Source: an uncultured Planctomycetaceae bacterium | GTDB taxonomy: Bacteria > Planctomycetota > Planctomycetia > Planctomycetales > Planctomycetaceae | Length of the DNA: 64,000 nucleotides | Assembly (NCBI GenBank): GCA_963813715.1 | Contig: CAWFAK010000017.1 | Location: 704,001 to 768,000 of the forward strand | Direction: 5' to 3' | In this document: positions 45,810 to 58,062 of the stretch, in pieces | Position numbering within the stretch: the stretch's first letter is position 1 | Layout of the letters: every line of letters starts with the position of its first letter | Notes under the pieces: generated by a model | The model's input: only the letters and a program-made list of their open reading frames with translations | What the model was told of the DNA's origin: nothing | The model's database searches: none | Program-made: the position numbers and the translations under genes

Positions 45810-47778
45810 ATGTCGAAGAAGCGCCAGACGTCTGCGCAGGCCATGGCGGCGGCGGCTCTCCAGCCACTGCCGGGGCCCAACGCCTTATCGGATCGCCGCG
45901 TCTGGCTGCTCAGCGCAATGCTGGTCGCGGCGACGTTGGCGGTCTACCTGCAGGCGGCGCGGTTCAACTTCGTCATGGTCGACGACCCGGTTTATGTGGG
46001 TGACAACGAGCACGTGCGGAAGGGGCTGAGTGTCGGCAATCTAGGTTGGGCGTTCACGACGTTCCATGACGGGAACTGGTTTCCGCTGACCTGGATCTCG
46101 TTGATGCTGGACGCGTCGATCTATGGTTTGTGGCCGGGCGGCTATCACCTCACCAACGTGCTGCTGCACACGGCCAACGTGCTGCTCGTGTTTGCGACTT
46201 TCACCAGGATGACGCGGCAGATGCTGCCCAGCGCGGCCGTCGCCGCTCTTTTTGCGGTCCATCCGCTGCACGTACAGTCGGTCGCCTGGATCGCCGAGCG
46301 GAAAGATGTGCTCAGCATGCTTTTTGGCTTGGGATCGCTTTATGCCTACATCGCATACGCCCAGACTGGAAAGCCATGGCGATTGGTTCTTTCCGTTCTC
46401 TTTTTTCTCTGCAGTCTGTGCTCGAAGCAGACGTTTGTCACACTCCCCTGCGTGTTTCTGCTGCTCGACGTCTGGCCGATGCGCCGTTGGTCGTTCGCCG
46501 GAAACAACTCTTTGAGCGCCGCGGTCAACGCCAGTGATCGACAACAGACGGGCATCCCAAAGCATCCGCCAGAGTCGCCCCGCGCAGGGGGATGCCGGCG
46601 CTCGTCATCGAGAAACTTCCGTTCTTCGTCCTGAGCGCTGCCTTCTGCGTGTTGGCGACGATTGCGCAACGCGCGGCGGCGCCGTGCTGTCGTTCACCGT
46701 GATTCCGCTGGGCACACGAATCTTGAACGCACTGGTGGTTTATCGGCTCTACATTCAAAAGGCCTTTCTGCCGTTCGGACTGGTCGCCTTTTATCCTCAC
46801 CCCGGCTCGCGACTCGGCCTCGGCGATGTCGCCATCTCGGCGGTCTTTTTGCTGTGCGTCACGGTGCTCGCCGTCGTTCAGATGCGGCGACGTCCCTATT
46901 TGCTGGTGGGATGGCTGTGGTATGTGGGAACGCTCGTGCCGATGATCGGCCTGGTGCAGCTCAGCGGGCAGCAAATGGCCGACCGTTACACTTATTTTCC
47001 TCTGCTCGGCTGCTACCTGGCCGTGGTCTGGTTCGCCGCATCGCTGGCGGTGCCGCTGAACTTACCGAAATTCGCGCTGCCGGCGGTGACGGCGGCGGTT
47101 GTCGTCGCATACGGATCGGTGGCAGTCGTCCAGGCGAGCCACTGGCGGGACAGCGTGATCCTGTTTCAACACGCGGTCGCGGTCGGCGAGAAAAATCCCT
47201 ACTCGCTCACGACGCTTGGCTGGGCCCTCGTCAACGAAAAACGATTTGACGAGGCCCTGCCCCCGTTGCGGCAAGCCGTCGAGCTGACGCCCGATTTCGG
47301 TCAGGCTCAATTCCTGCTCGCCTGCGTGCTACAGCGCGACTCGAAGTTCGAAGAAGCGGCTGCCCACTTTCGCGCGGCATTGGCGTCCGACGACAACAAC
47401 GCGGCCGCGCACCTGAATCTGGGCACGATCCTCATGGCCCGCCACGAATATCCGGCAGCCAAGCGCGAGTTCGATCGCGTCGTCGAACTCGACCCCGGCA
47501 ACGCCCGAGTCCAAGCCAGCCTCGCCGAACTCTACCTGCGGCTTCGCCAATTCAACGAGACGATCACGCACGCCCGCCGAGGGCTCGAACTCGATCCGAG
47601 CCAAACGCAGTGCCGGCGCCTGATCGTAATTGCTCTCCGCAGCCAGGGACGATTGGACGAGGCCATCGAACAGGTCCGGCAACTTCTGGCCGTTGCCCCG
47701 GACGACCGCGCCTCACAGCAGGAACTGCAACGGTTATTGGCCCAGCGCTCGGGGAATGCTCACGCGAAAAATCGGTGA
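45810..47778 (+). CDS. TMTC-like GT-C membrane protein with TPRs; frameshifts around 46590-46680
   Basis: FVMVDDPVYV, NWFPLTW, HPLHVQSVAWIAERKD, CSKQ, MADRYTYFP, TPRs. Confidence 0.85.
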
Positions 47779-48086
47779 GACGCCGCCGCTTGGTCAGCCT
47801 CGGACGGTTGGTGAGTCCTTATACCTGGCTGGCCGCGCGGCGGTAGCCAAGTCGGTCTGATTTTGGGCGGAGTTTCGCGGCCGAAACGAAGATGAGCTCG
47901 AATTTATCTTTGGCCCCAGTCCCGCTGGAACGGCCTAATTTCCCTGGAAATTCGCTTCTCCGGCGACCGCTCGTGCCGCGAGTGGCGGCGCGGGACGCCC
48001 TCGTGGCCGTCCAGTCGGAAGGATGGTCGATGGCTCCGGGCTACAATCGATTTTCCACCTTGCCCCAGCGACGGATCCAGTGACCG

Positions 48087-48772
48087 ATGTCCGGGAGAAT
48101 TCTGCTCGTCGAGGACGACGCCCAGATCGCCGATTTTGTCGTGCGCGGTTTGGGCGAGGAAGGATTCATCGTGGACCATGCGGCCGACGGCAACGAAGGC
48201 TGGCGGCGGCTGAGCGACGGCACCTGGGATGTTGTGCTTCTCGACTGGTGGCTGCCGAGCATCGACGGCTTGAGCCTGCTGCAGCGTTTTCGGCGCAGAA
48301 TCATGAGACGCCCGTCCTATTCCTTACCGCGCGCGATGCGGTGTCCGAACGGGTCGCCGGATTGAACGCTGGAGCCGACGATTACCTTTGCAAACCGTTC
48401 GCGTTTGACGAGCTGCTGGCTCGCGTGCGCGCGATGACGCGTCGACAGGACCGCTTGATCACCTGGCTTTCGTGGGGAGACGTCCGGGTGGACCTGGTCA
48501 CTCGCCGGGCCGAACGCGCCGGCCATCGGCTCAATCTGACCGTGCGGGAAGAGTCGCTCTTGCTCTTTATGATGAAGCATCCGGGCGAGGTCTTGAGCCG
48601 AGTGCGTCTCTATGAGGAAGTTTGGGGCGAAAGTTACGACGGCTTTTCCAACACCTTGGAGGTCCACGTGATGGAGTTGCGAAAGAAACTCGAGGCGTAC
48701 GGCCCGCGGCTGATCCACACGCTGCGCCATCGGGGCTATTGCTTCGGCGACGAAGTCGGATCGCGATCATGA
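48087..48772 (+). CDS. OmpR-family response regulator; frameshift near 48297
   Basis: ILLVEDD, VLLDWWLP, LTARD, GADDYLCKPF, IHTLRHRGY. Confidence 0.88.
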
Positions 48773-50290
48773 CGCTGACAACACGGCTGTCGGTGTTCGT
48801 GCTGGCGATGCTGGGCGTCGTGCTGGTCGGATTCTCGCTGGCGGTTTACTGGATCAGCGGACGGTACCTGCACCGACAGGTCGACGAGCGGCTGGACGCC
48901 ATGTTGAGCACGCTCTCGGGTGCGGTCGAAGACACTCCGCGCGGGCTCGAGTGGGAACCCGACCAGCGACTGCGGAATGTCGACGGAGAACCCTTTGGGG
49001 TTTCGGTCGTCTGGTTCGTGGCCGATGCACAAGGCGGCCTCCTGGATCGCTCCCGGCGATCGCAGACGTCCGAATTCATGCAGTTGCGGGCGGCCCATGC
49101 CGCGGACGAGAGTCTTTCGCGGGACTTGTTGGCTGCCCCGTCCGGCGAGTGGCAACTTCGCCAAACTTTGATTCGCGCGACTCATCAACCACCGGCTTCA
49201 ACCGCGACGGGAAATCCCCACAAGACAAAGGGTAAGCGATACTCCGAAGTGGTGATTAACGTTGGCACTTCTCTCGCGCCGCTTCAGGCGACGATGACCC
49301 GATTAGCGATGACGCTCGCCGGCCTGTCCGCGGCGATTCTGCTGGCGGCTCTGGTCGCGGTTCGCCAGGTCTGTCGTCGTGTGCTCAGTCCGGTCCGCCA
49401 CATGGCCCTTGCTGCCTCCGGGATCGGCGCGAGGATCTGGCCCGCCGGCTGCCGACAATCGAGACGAACGACGAACTAGGGCAACTCAATCGGGCCTTCA
49501 ACGGCTTGCTGGATCGTTTGCAGGAGTCGTTTGAGCGACAACGGCGTTTCACCGGCGAGGCCTCGCATCAACTGCGAACGCCGCTGGCCGGAATTCTCGG
49601 GCAAATCGAGGTGGCTCTGCGTCGCGAGCGACCGATCGAAGAGTATCAGCGGGTTTTGGCGACGGTGCACCAGCGGGGTAGTCATCTCAACCAGATTGTC
49701 GAATCGCTGCTGTTTTTGTCGCGTGCCAATGCCGATGCCGCACTGGCTTCGTTGGAAAACCTGTGCCTCAATTCGTGGCTGCCCGAGCGGATCGAATCGT
49801 GGTCGGACCACCAACGGGCCGGAGATATCGTCCTGTGCGTGAACGCGACTCAAAACTGCTGCGTTCGGGCTCAGCCGGCGCTGTTGGGGGAATTGCTCGA
49901 CATTCTGATCGACAACGCGTGCAAATACAGCCCGCCGGGATCGCCCGTTGAGATTGCTCTCGACGGCGACGCCGAGGCAGTGCGAATCGAAATCCAAGAT
50001 CGCGGGTGCGGGATTTCCACTAACGATGTGCCTCATCTCTTCACACCGTTTTTTGCGCGGAGGAGTCTCGCCGACGTGGAATCGAGGGCACCGGCTTAGG
50101 ACTGTCGATCGCCCGCCGCCTCGCCCGCGTCTTTCAGGGAGAGCTGACGGTCGACAGCCATCCGAGTCGCGGCAGCCTATTTGTGCTGAGGCTGCCTGCC
50201 GCACAGCCGTCGCCGGGCAAGGTCCTCTCGCAACTGCCGACGAGCGGGCTCGCCGGATATCAATCGCCGCCTATCCACGCGATCCACTGA
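48769..50290 (+). CDS. Sensor histidine kinase (HAMP, HisKA, HATPase); frameshifts near 49428 and 50056
   Basis: Two TMs, RFTGEASHQLRTPL, DNACKYS, DRGCGI, GTGLGLSIA. Confidence 0.85.
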
Positions 50291-50297
50291 AGCGCGC

Positions 50298-51020
50298 ATG
50301 ACTTGCGTCCTGATTATCGAAGATGAACCGACTCTCCGGCGTAATTTGCAGCGCGGGTTGGTGGAAGAGGGCTATCAGGTCATCGCTGCGGCCTCGATTA
50401 AAGAAGTCCGATCGGCGCTGGGCCACGACCCCGACCTCGTCCTGCTCGACCTCGGGCTGCCCGACGGCAACGGGCTCGATTGGCTCCGCGAGTTTCGCAC
50501 CCGAAACAACCGTCAGCCGGTTCTTATCGTGACGGCGCGCGATTCGATCGCCGATCGAGTGCTAGGACTCGACGCGGGCGGAGACGACTACCTGGTGAAG
50601 CCCTTTTCCTTCAACGAGCTCCTGGCCCGGCTGCGGGCTCTGGGCCGACGATCGCTGAGCGCCGTCGCGGTGCTGACCGTCGAGGATCTCGAAGTCGACC
50701 GGCTACGACGCGTGGCCCGGCGCGGCGGTCGGGAATTGGATCTCACGCACCGACAATTTGAGTTGTTGGCCTATTTGATGGAGCACGCGCACGTGCCCGT
50801 TTCGCGGGACATGATCGCCCGCGATGTCTGGCGGGAAACAACGGCGACCTGGACCAACCTCATCGCCGTTCAGATCGCGCAATTGCGCCGCAAGATCGAG
50901 TGCCCCGGCTCACCGACAATTCTTCACACCGTGCGCGGCCAGGGTTACCAGGTGGGCCAGTCTCTCGGCGACGACGCCGGGCCACCGGGTCAGCTGAGAT
51001 CAGACTCCACGCTGGGGTAG
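50298..51020 (+). CDS. OmpR-family response regulator
   Basis: LIIEDE, LLDLGLPD, VTARD, DYLVKPF, LHTVRGQGY. Confidence 0.92.
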   Translation: MTCVLIIEDEPTLRRNLQRGLVEEGYQVIAAASIKEVRSALGHDPDLVLLDLGLPDGNGLDWLREFRTRNNRQPVLIVTARDSIADRVLGLDAGGDDYLVKPFSFNELLARLRALGRRSLSAVAVLTVEDLEVDRLRRVARRGGRELDLTHRQFELLAYLMEHAHVPVSRDMIARDVWRETTATWTNLIAVQIAQLRRKIECPGSPTILHTVRGQGYQVGQSLGDDAGPPGQLRSDSTLG

Positions 51021-51049
51021 CAGCAAAACGCGGTGTTCCCTTCAAATCG

Positions 51050-51562
51050 TCATCGACTTGCATGGTCGGTCTGCGCGACCGTCGTTGTCGGATTCGACTT
51101 GGGGACCACTGTCACATCGGTTTTCAGCGGGGCATCGAATGACGCGCACAAATCACCGCCGCCGAGGGCTTGATAGGCGTTGACGACGGCCGCGAGCTGC
51201 TCTTTCTTGGTTTCGATCAGGACCATTCTCGCTTCCATCAGGTCGCGCTGCGCCAACAGCACTTCGACATATTCGGTGCGGGCACTCTGAAAGAGCTTGC
51301 TCGCCGTGTCGACCGAGGCTTGGAGCGATTCCAGTTGCTGCCGCTTGATCTCGATGCTCCTGCGGTAGTTCTCCACCTTCGACACGCGGTTGATCACCTC
51401 GGTGAAGGCGGTCAGGATCACGCGCTGGTAGTTGTAGACGGCCTGCAGTTGCTTGGCGTTCGCGGTCAGGTATTCGGCCTGAATCGCCTTCGTGTTGATC
51501 AAGGGCACGACCAAGTTGCCCGCGACATTGCCAATCAGAGATTCCGGAGTCAGGAACAGCAA
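51050..51562 (-). pseudogene. C-terminal fragment of a TolC/NodT outer-membrane efflux protein
   Basis: VYNYQRVILTAFTEV, YVEVLLAQRD, YQALGGG; no N-terminal half or signal peptide, and under 100 bp to the next gene. Confidence 0.75.
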
Positions 51563-51658
51563 GCGGTTGTGACGAGGCGGAACGACTGAACACCGGTTGA
51601 GCTTACACTGTGACGGATGTCCATCGCTGTTTGGAACTAAGGATGACGCGAGGGCGAT

Positions 51659-54600
51659 TCAAAAATCGTCGCTGCCGACTTTCCAAAGAAAGAGCTGTTT
51701 TTCGCGGAGCCACGCCACACGCTCCTCTCCGCGATGAGTCAGTGACGCAAAGAGCTCTCGCCAAGCCCGTTCGCTAGTGACACGTTGCGAACGGGAGGCG
51801 TGCGGAAGCCGAGCAACCGTGTCGATCGTGCCGACGGGGTCGAGAATGGCTGCGGCGAAGAAGTAGGAAGCGGGATACTCATCGACGCCCTCAGCGACCG
51901 ATTCGTCTCCCGGCGGTCGGAGAACGTGCCGAGCGGTTTCAAGGTCATATCGCGCAAGAATGCGGCGAGGACCGGATCGGACAGCCGCATGCGACCGCCG
52001 TCGCCATAGGGACCCAATGACATCGATACGTTGCCGAAAGTCGTGCTGGACCGGAGCGAAATCGCGCGAAAAAACTCGCGGATTAGCGTCGGGTCGATTT
52101 GCTCGACCAATTCGAGCAAGCCGAAGGCGATGCCGGTTGGCTTTTGCACGACTCGCGATCCCCGATTTCCCGTGTCGACGCATTGCTGCAAGATTTCGTA
52201 GGCTTCCTCGATTAGGCGGCGGGCGGTCGCTCTGTCCTTGGGCGCCACGGCCACGGCCACGCAGCCCAATGCGTAAGCGCGATAGACTGGTTCGGGGGAC
52301 GTTCTGGCCAGGCGTTCTGCACGCGAGGGATCGGCCATTGCCATTTCCTGACAGATTTTCGCCGTCCACAGCCCGGGGATCTCCGCGCAGCGATTCCGAG
52401 ATCCGTTCAGCGGCCTCTGGATTCCTCGCGGCAATCGCTCGGGCGATCGCACCACGGTACCGGTTGTATTCAAGTTCATTCTGAGCGGGCCCCAAGAGGC
52501 CGGTCGTGTCGATGCCCTCGAGAGACGCTTTTTCGATTGCATAACAAGGGCGAACGAACGAGCCGCGTCGTTGGCCGGCCGTGGCGGTTGTGAGCTGGTT
52601 TTCGACGGTGGCCAGCAGCTCGGCCGCGGTCTTCGAGTCGCCAATCCGTCGATAGCACCGGGCGAGAAACAGAAGCGATTCGATGCCCGATGTCCCAGGG
52701 CCGCTGGCCTTCTCGGCACGAAGTTGATCGAGCATCCTATGGCGGCGGGCACCCGAACTGAGCGTTGGCGAGTTGACGGCAAGCTCAGCCAGAGCTCGGT
52801 GAGGGTCATGCATCTGCTCAATCTGCCGCAGTGCCCCGTCGGGATCTGTTGCGGTGAGGTGTTCTGCGACCTGCTCGCGTACGCGATCGCCCAGCCACTT
52901 GGATTTGAAGTGCTGAGAACCGAAGAATTCCAGGGCGCGGCGGATCAAACTGAGCGTACAATTCGGCGAAGTTTTGGTCGCTAAACGCAAACGTGTTGTA
53001 GGACTTGCCCATCAGTGTCCCTTGAGCGGCAAAGAGCTCGAGCAGCTGATCGCGGGTCGGTTGGAAGGGCCCGCCAGGCGGTCCAGGATTTCCTTCGAAG
53101 TCGGCCGATCGACTAAGGGCCGCATAGGCACTGCCGGCTCGCTGCGACGAATCAAAGGGATCCGGACTGACGGGCCTGGCTGGACCCACTGTCCGTGGAA
53201 GCGAAATCCCTTCGCGTCAACAAACAGGAAAGCCCCCTCTTTGGGGAGATTCGCTCGTGAGAATCGTCCCTGATCTGTGGCTTTCTGTTGCGTACGCTGG
53301 GCCATCGACCAGATGACAACGGTTGCATTCGGCACGCCACTGCCGACACTGTCGACAATTGCACCCTCGAGGGTCGCCGTTTCCATATGCGGCAGTTCGC
53401 GAGGGGGGTTTGCCAGTTGGCGCGATTCGATCTGCGGCCGGCCGTTCGGCGGGCTGGTTTGTTCACCAGCAACGAGCACGGGAAACGCGTTCGTCGACGT
53501 CGTGGCCGGCGTGATCCAATCCGTTGCGGCGATCTTCTTGTCGCCGACGAGAACCTGAGCTCGGTAGAGACCCTGCCGGTCAAACATCTTGGTGGAACGA
53601 AAACGCCCCTGTGCATCGGTTGTCGCCTTGTCGACAACGCCTACCTCCTTCAGGTTGGGTCCGGCATCGGATGACATTTCGATCTGCGCGACCGCGTTGG
53701 CGATCGGATGCCGACGTGAGTCGACGACGGTTCCAGATAAATAGACCATGTCCAGTTGCCCGCACGGTCACTTTGAGGGGGGCACCGGGCGGGGAATCGA
53801 GTGTCAGCGGCGGGGCAACTTCCACTCCCCGTCTGCTTGCCGTCAGCTGCAATTCGCGGTTTGGCGGAACGCCCGGGATGCTGAAATTTCCATCGTCGTC
53901 CGACATCGCCCGCTGCCCCACTCGTGTATGCTTCTGGCCCCATGGGGTCTCTGCGGATTCCTCTTCTGTCCAGGTGGCTTCGAGCTGTATCTGGCTTTTT
54001 GGCTTGCCGTCGGCCTCGATCGTTTTGCCCGTGAGAGAATACCCTTTAGTTAAGGGCAAGTCGGGCAGCCTGGCCGACTCGGCATTGCGAATGGTCACGC
54101 GTTGGAAATCGGCCAGGGGCACATAGGGCAATGGCGGAAAAATTCTGAGCGACATCGAGCCGGGAAAGGTGAGGAAGGAATATTCGCCGTTCGCATTGGT
54201 CACGACCGAAACTTCTCCTGCCTCTTTGTTCCATGCGACGACGACGCCCGGGACGGGGCGATTGGTGTTTCGATCGAGCCCCGCCCGCTGACTCGGGTTG
54301 CCTTTCGCAGTGGCACTTCGATCGTCGTTAATTGCCCGGACGCAACGAGCACGTCACGGGTTGGCACGGCGAGCAGCGAAAATCGTTCGCTCTCACGGAC
54401 GTTGACGTTCATCACACCAGCACGAATCGCCGGCACCTCGAATTGTCCCTGTTCATTCGTCCGTGTCGTGAAGAGACCGCACCGCTTGCAATTCTGAGGC
54501 TCGCCTTCGGCTGGACGCGTAGAAATGCGAACTTCCAGGTTCGCCGCCGCGGTCGGTTCGTCCGAAACAATTCTTCCGACTACTTTCCCGACCGCCCCGA

Positions 54601-56463
54601 GCGTGACGACTTCTGGCGGTGTGCCGAACGTTCGCCGCCCCTCGAACCAGACGGATTGAGTGCCGAAGGCGGCCGCTTCGATCGTCAGTGAATGCACATT
54701 CTTGCGACCATCGACCGGAAGACTCACGTGACCTTTGGCGTCCGTTTGTCGACGCAGGCGAGCGCGCAGTTCTATCGGAATTGTTCCCGATCCCGCGTCA
54801 CTTCCAACGAACTCAGGCCAAACTGTTGGCCCGCGACGGGTCGTCCATCCGGCCCGACAAGCGAAAACTCCGCGATTGAACGCGGCAGACTGATATCGAG
54901 TGCAGCGCGTGGCCTGTCGAGTGAGGCATTCGCAACGCCAACGCTGTGGTCCGCTTTGACGGCCCAGACTTCGAAACCCCACCGCACAGGACCTCTCAGG
55001 TCTTTCAATTCGACAGAAAAGTGATACTGGCCCTTCGCATCGGTCTGACCTTGTCGGACGAGTGTTGTTTGATTGTCCAGGTCACGGCTGAAAGGATTCC
55101 GGCGGATCACAAAAACGTCTGCACCGCCGACGGGGATTCCCCCCTCTCCCGTCACAGTGCCTGAAACTTCGGTGTGCGCCTCGGCGGTCGTTGCGGGCGC
55201 GACTTGCTTGTCTGACGCGGCCAGAGCCATCGATTCGGTGATTCGACGTACACCGGGCAAGACAAGGACCGCGATCGCGATGATGACGATCCATCCACCG
55301 ACTGAAAGCCGCGACTTGGGTTGATGCGAGTCGTCCAGGAGCCGTTTCAGGCGCGGCCCGAGTGGGTGCGCCATCGAAATCCCCATCGAGGGCTGTCGTG
55401 GCTGGGCTCGCCGACGCGCAACCGCCAGCAACGTCTCGCAACAAACGTCGCCCGACATCAGTCCGTGGGCCAGCAGCAGATCATCGCAGCATTCCTCGCG
55501 CACTTGCCGCATCGCACGGGTGAGCCACCAATAGACCGGATGAAACCAGAAGGCGACGAACGCAGTCGTCTGCAGCGCGTTGACCCACAAATCTCCCCGT
55601 CGATGATGGGCCAATTCATGGGCCAGGACGACGTCGAGCTGTTCAGCAGAAAGCTCGTTAATCAAATCGTCCGGCAGGACGATCGTGTCGCCGCACGAGT
55701 CCACACGCGAAAGGGACACTCGCGGACTTCGAGCGCCGCAGTGCGGGGGGTCGCCTCAACCCCAAAGCCTGTGCCAGATTTTCCAATCGACGACACAATG
55801 CTTTCTCGGTGCTCGGTGGGGCGTGTCGAAGGATTTGGTTCAAACGGCGCTGTTGGTCGACTAGCCAGAGGATCACCAGACCCGCACCGAGACACCATGC
55901 CAACAATGCGGTCGTTCTGCCGCGCTCAGCAGTTAAGACAGGCCGCGGATGACCGGCTGATGACGAGAGCTGTGAGGCTGCCGGAGTGATCGCGTGCTCG
56001 CTCGACACAGCTGCGGGCAAACGCGGTGCGGTGTCGCTTGGGGCTTTCTGCGCGTGGATTTCGGGAAGCGCCGCCGAGATCGCCTGACTTCGACGTCTTC
56101 TCTTCCGTGCTGTCGGCCTGTCCGTCGGAAACGCGGGTTCTGGTCGATTTCGGCGACCGACGGAGCGGCAGACGGAGTCGTCGGCAACTGTGTCTGGATC
56201 AACAACGTGTCCGATCGCGGAGGCACGACGCGAGGACCCAACCAGCTGAACAGTCCGCACGAAATTGCCAAAAACGGAGGGATCAAGAATTTGACGAGGG
56301 CCACTGTCAAAGGCGAATAGCAAAACGGCGCGGGCCATCGCCGGCCGACGAGCACGAGTGTCAGTACCACAATCCCCACGAGTGCCGACTGCCAACTCGC
56401 ATGAACGAGGTGGAGCCACGCAATCTCGGCGATTTTCCGCGACGAGTCTGTGAAGTCGCGCAT
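51659..56463 (-). CDS. Large BlaR1/M56 peptidase-domain protein with carboxypeptidase-regulatory-like repeats; many frameshifts
   Basis: WQSALV..., VLAHELAHHRRGD, FWFHP, REECCDD, repeated G-V-D-G-P / TDAKG segments across ORF fragments; TGATG coupling to BlaI. Confidence 0.75.
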
Positions 56464-56899
56464 CACTTGGCCCTTTCCTTCCCTTGGTCCGCTTTGGCGC
56501 TTGCCCGCGCGGAGCGGCTCTTCCGCTTGCGATGTTCGTCGACGAGGGGCCAAGTTCGTCAAGCTCTTTCGCTGTTGGACGGCGTGACTGCAAGAGCGTC
56601 GCCACCGCGCGACACCGCTTCCGCCAAAGACGCGGTCCAGCAAGTCGCCGACCAAATGGCGCTGGATCGGAAAGGGCTCAACCGCCGCGCGAAAGACGAA
56701 CGCCTTGCCAATGTCGCCCTTCTGTCGAGCGACAACTCCTTTCCGCATCAAGCGAGACAAAAGCGTGGAAATGGAGGCATGCGTCATCGGTCTGCTCGCG
56801 GTCAGCAGCGTACGCAGCTGCGCTTGCCGTTTGCGGACCTTCCTGCCACAGGCAGACCATTACGTCCAATTCCGCGTCGGGCAAAACGGGGTCAGCCAT
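56463..56899 (-). CDS. BlaI/MecI/CopY-family repressor; about 3 frameshifts
   Basis: LPDAELDVMVCLWQEGP, SISTLLSRLMRKGVV, LLDRVFGGS, KELDEL. Confidence 0.8.
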
Positions 56900-56942
56900 G
56901 TTTTGTCATCCCTTGTTTCGAGCCGTCGCCTCATCGTCCTGC

Positions 56943-56996
56943 AGAATATTGACCGTAGTCGATATTGTCAATCAAAATCATGACAACTGTCGATAT
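56943..56996 (-). promoter_or_regulatory. Promoter of the BlaI-like gene with two operator boxes
   Basis: TTGACA (56966-56971), 17 bp, TATTCT; TGACcgtaGTCGATAT at 56950 and TGACaactGTCGATAT at 56981. Confidence 0.7.
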
Positions 56997-57122
56997 CGCG
57001 AACGGCCGACGAGCGGGCGAAGGCGGTTGAAGCCAGCGACGAAAGAGACTCTGGACCAGGGCGAAACCGCAGAGCGCCGCGCGAGACGGGCTTGGCAAAG
57101 CTCAGATCGTCAATCGCTCAGG

Positions 57123-57713
57123 CTAGTTAACGATTGCGTCGATTTGCTGGTCGGTCAGTTTGCTGCGTGTGGCGAGGAGCATTTTGCGAATGTGTCGTTT
57201 CCCCTCGAATCCCTCGGGATGCCCGATATTGCCCAGCGGCGATTCGCTGGTAATCAACATCTTGCCCGTCGGGTCGAAGATGGCGTAAAACGGAATTCCT
57301 TGTCGTTCGTGGCCGGTCAGCCGGTCTGCCACTTCGGCTCCGTGAAGATCGCGCCAGTCGTCGATTTTCAGAAATACGTAGTCCTGCGAGAGCAGTGTCT
57401 TCTGGTCATCGAGCCAGCGTGTCAGCCGGAAACAGGGGCAACAGTAGCGCTGGCTGATGCGGACCCAGACTTTGCGGCCGGATTGCTGGGCGAGGGCGAA
57501 GGCGTGCTCCCATTTTTCACGGGCGTCCGCCGGCGCCGGGGCGTGTTGGCGAATGAACTCCGCCGCCCGTTTGGGGCTTGCCGGGTCCTTCAGATCAATT
57601 TCAATTCGGCCGAGTTCGTGGCCCGCGGGATCCATCGCCAGCGCGAAGACTTTTCCCTTAGCCGGCAGCGGCCAGTTCTTGGATCGCGCCTGCATCGAGG
57701 CCGATGCGCTCAC
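57123..57713 (-). pseudogene. Thioredoxin-fold fragment, probably 5'-truncated
   Basis: VWVRISQRYCCPCFRL, DYVFLKID, GIPFYAIFD, NIGHP; the 5' end runs into sequence homologous to 60350 onward. Confidence 0.6.
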
Positions 57714-58062
57714 CGCGATGATGCCTTCACGCGAAGCGAGGCCGGTCTGCGGATTGGCATCTACGTTTGGTGATTCCTCTGAGTCCGCAATGGCTCATTT
57801 GTTTAGAGGAGTGCGAGGAATCATTTAGGTCAGTTATCGAAAGTGTGAAAGTCCGGCTAATTCCGGCGAATATAAGGTGCTTCTTACACAACGGGGTTTG
57901 CTTTCGTCCCCTTTTCTTGTTCATTGGCCTGGAGAAAACGCGAATGCCAAATTTTCGCAACTGCCGAGGTGTGGATGCCGCGCCCGCTCTGCAGAACCCC
58001 GGTCCATCATCGCGTTATTTCCCGCTGCTTGGATCAGTTGTCCCTTTTGAAAAGGACGAACC

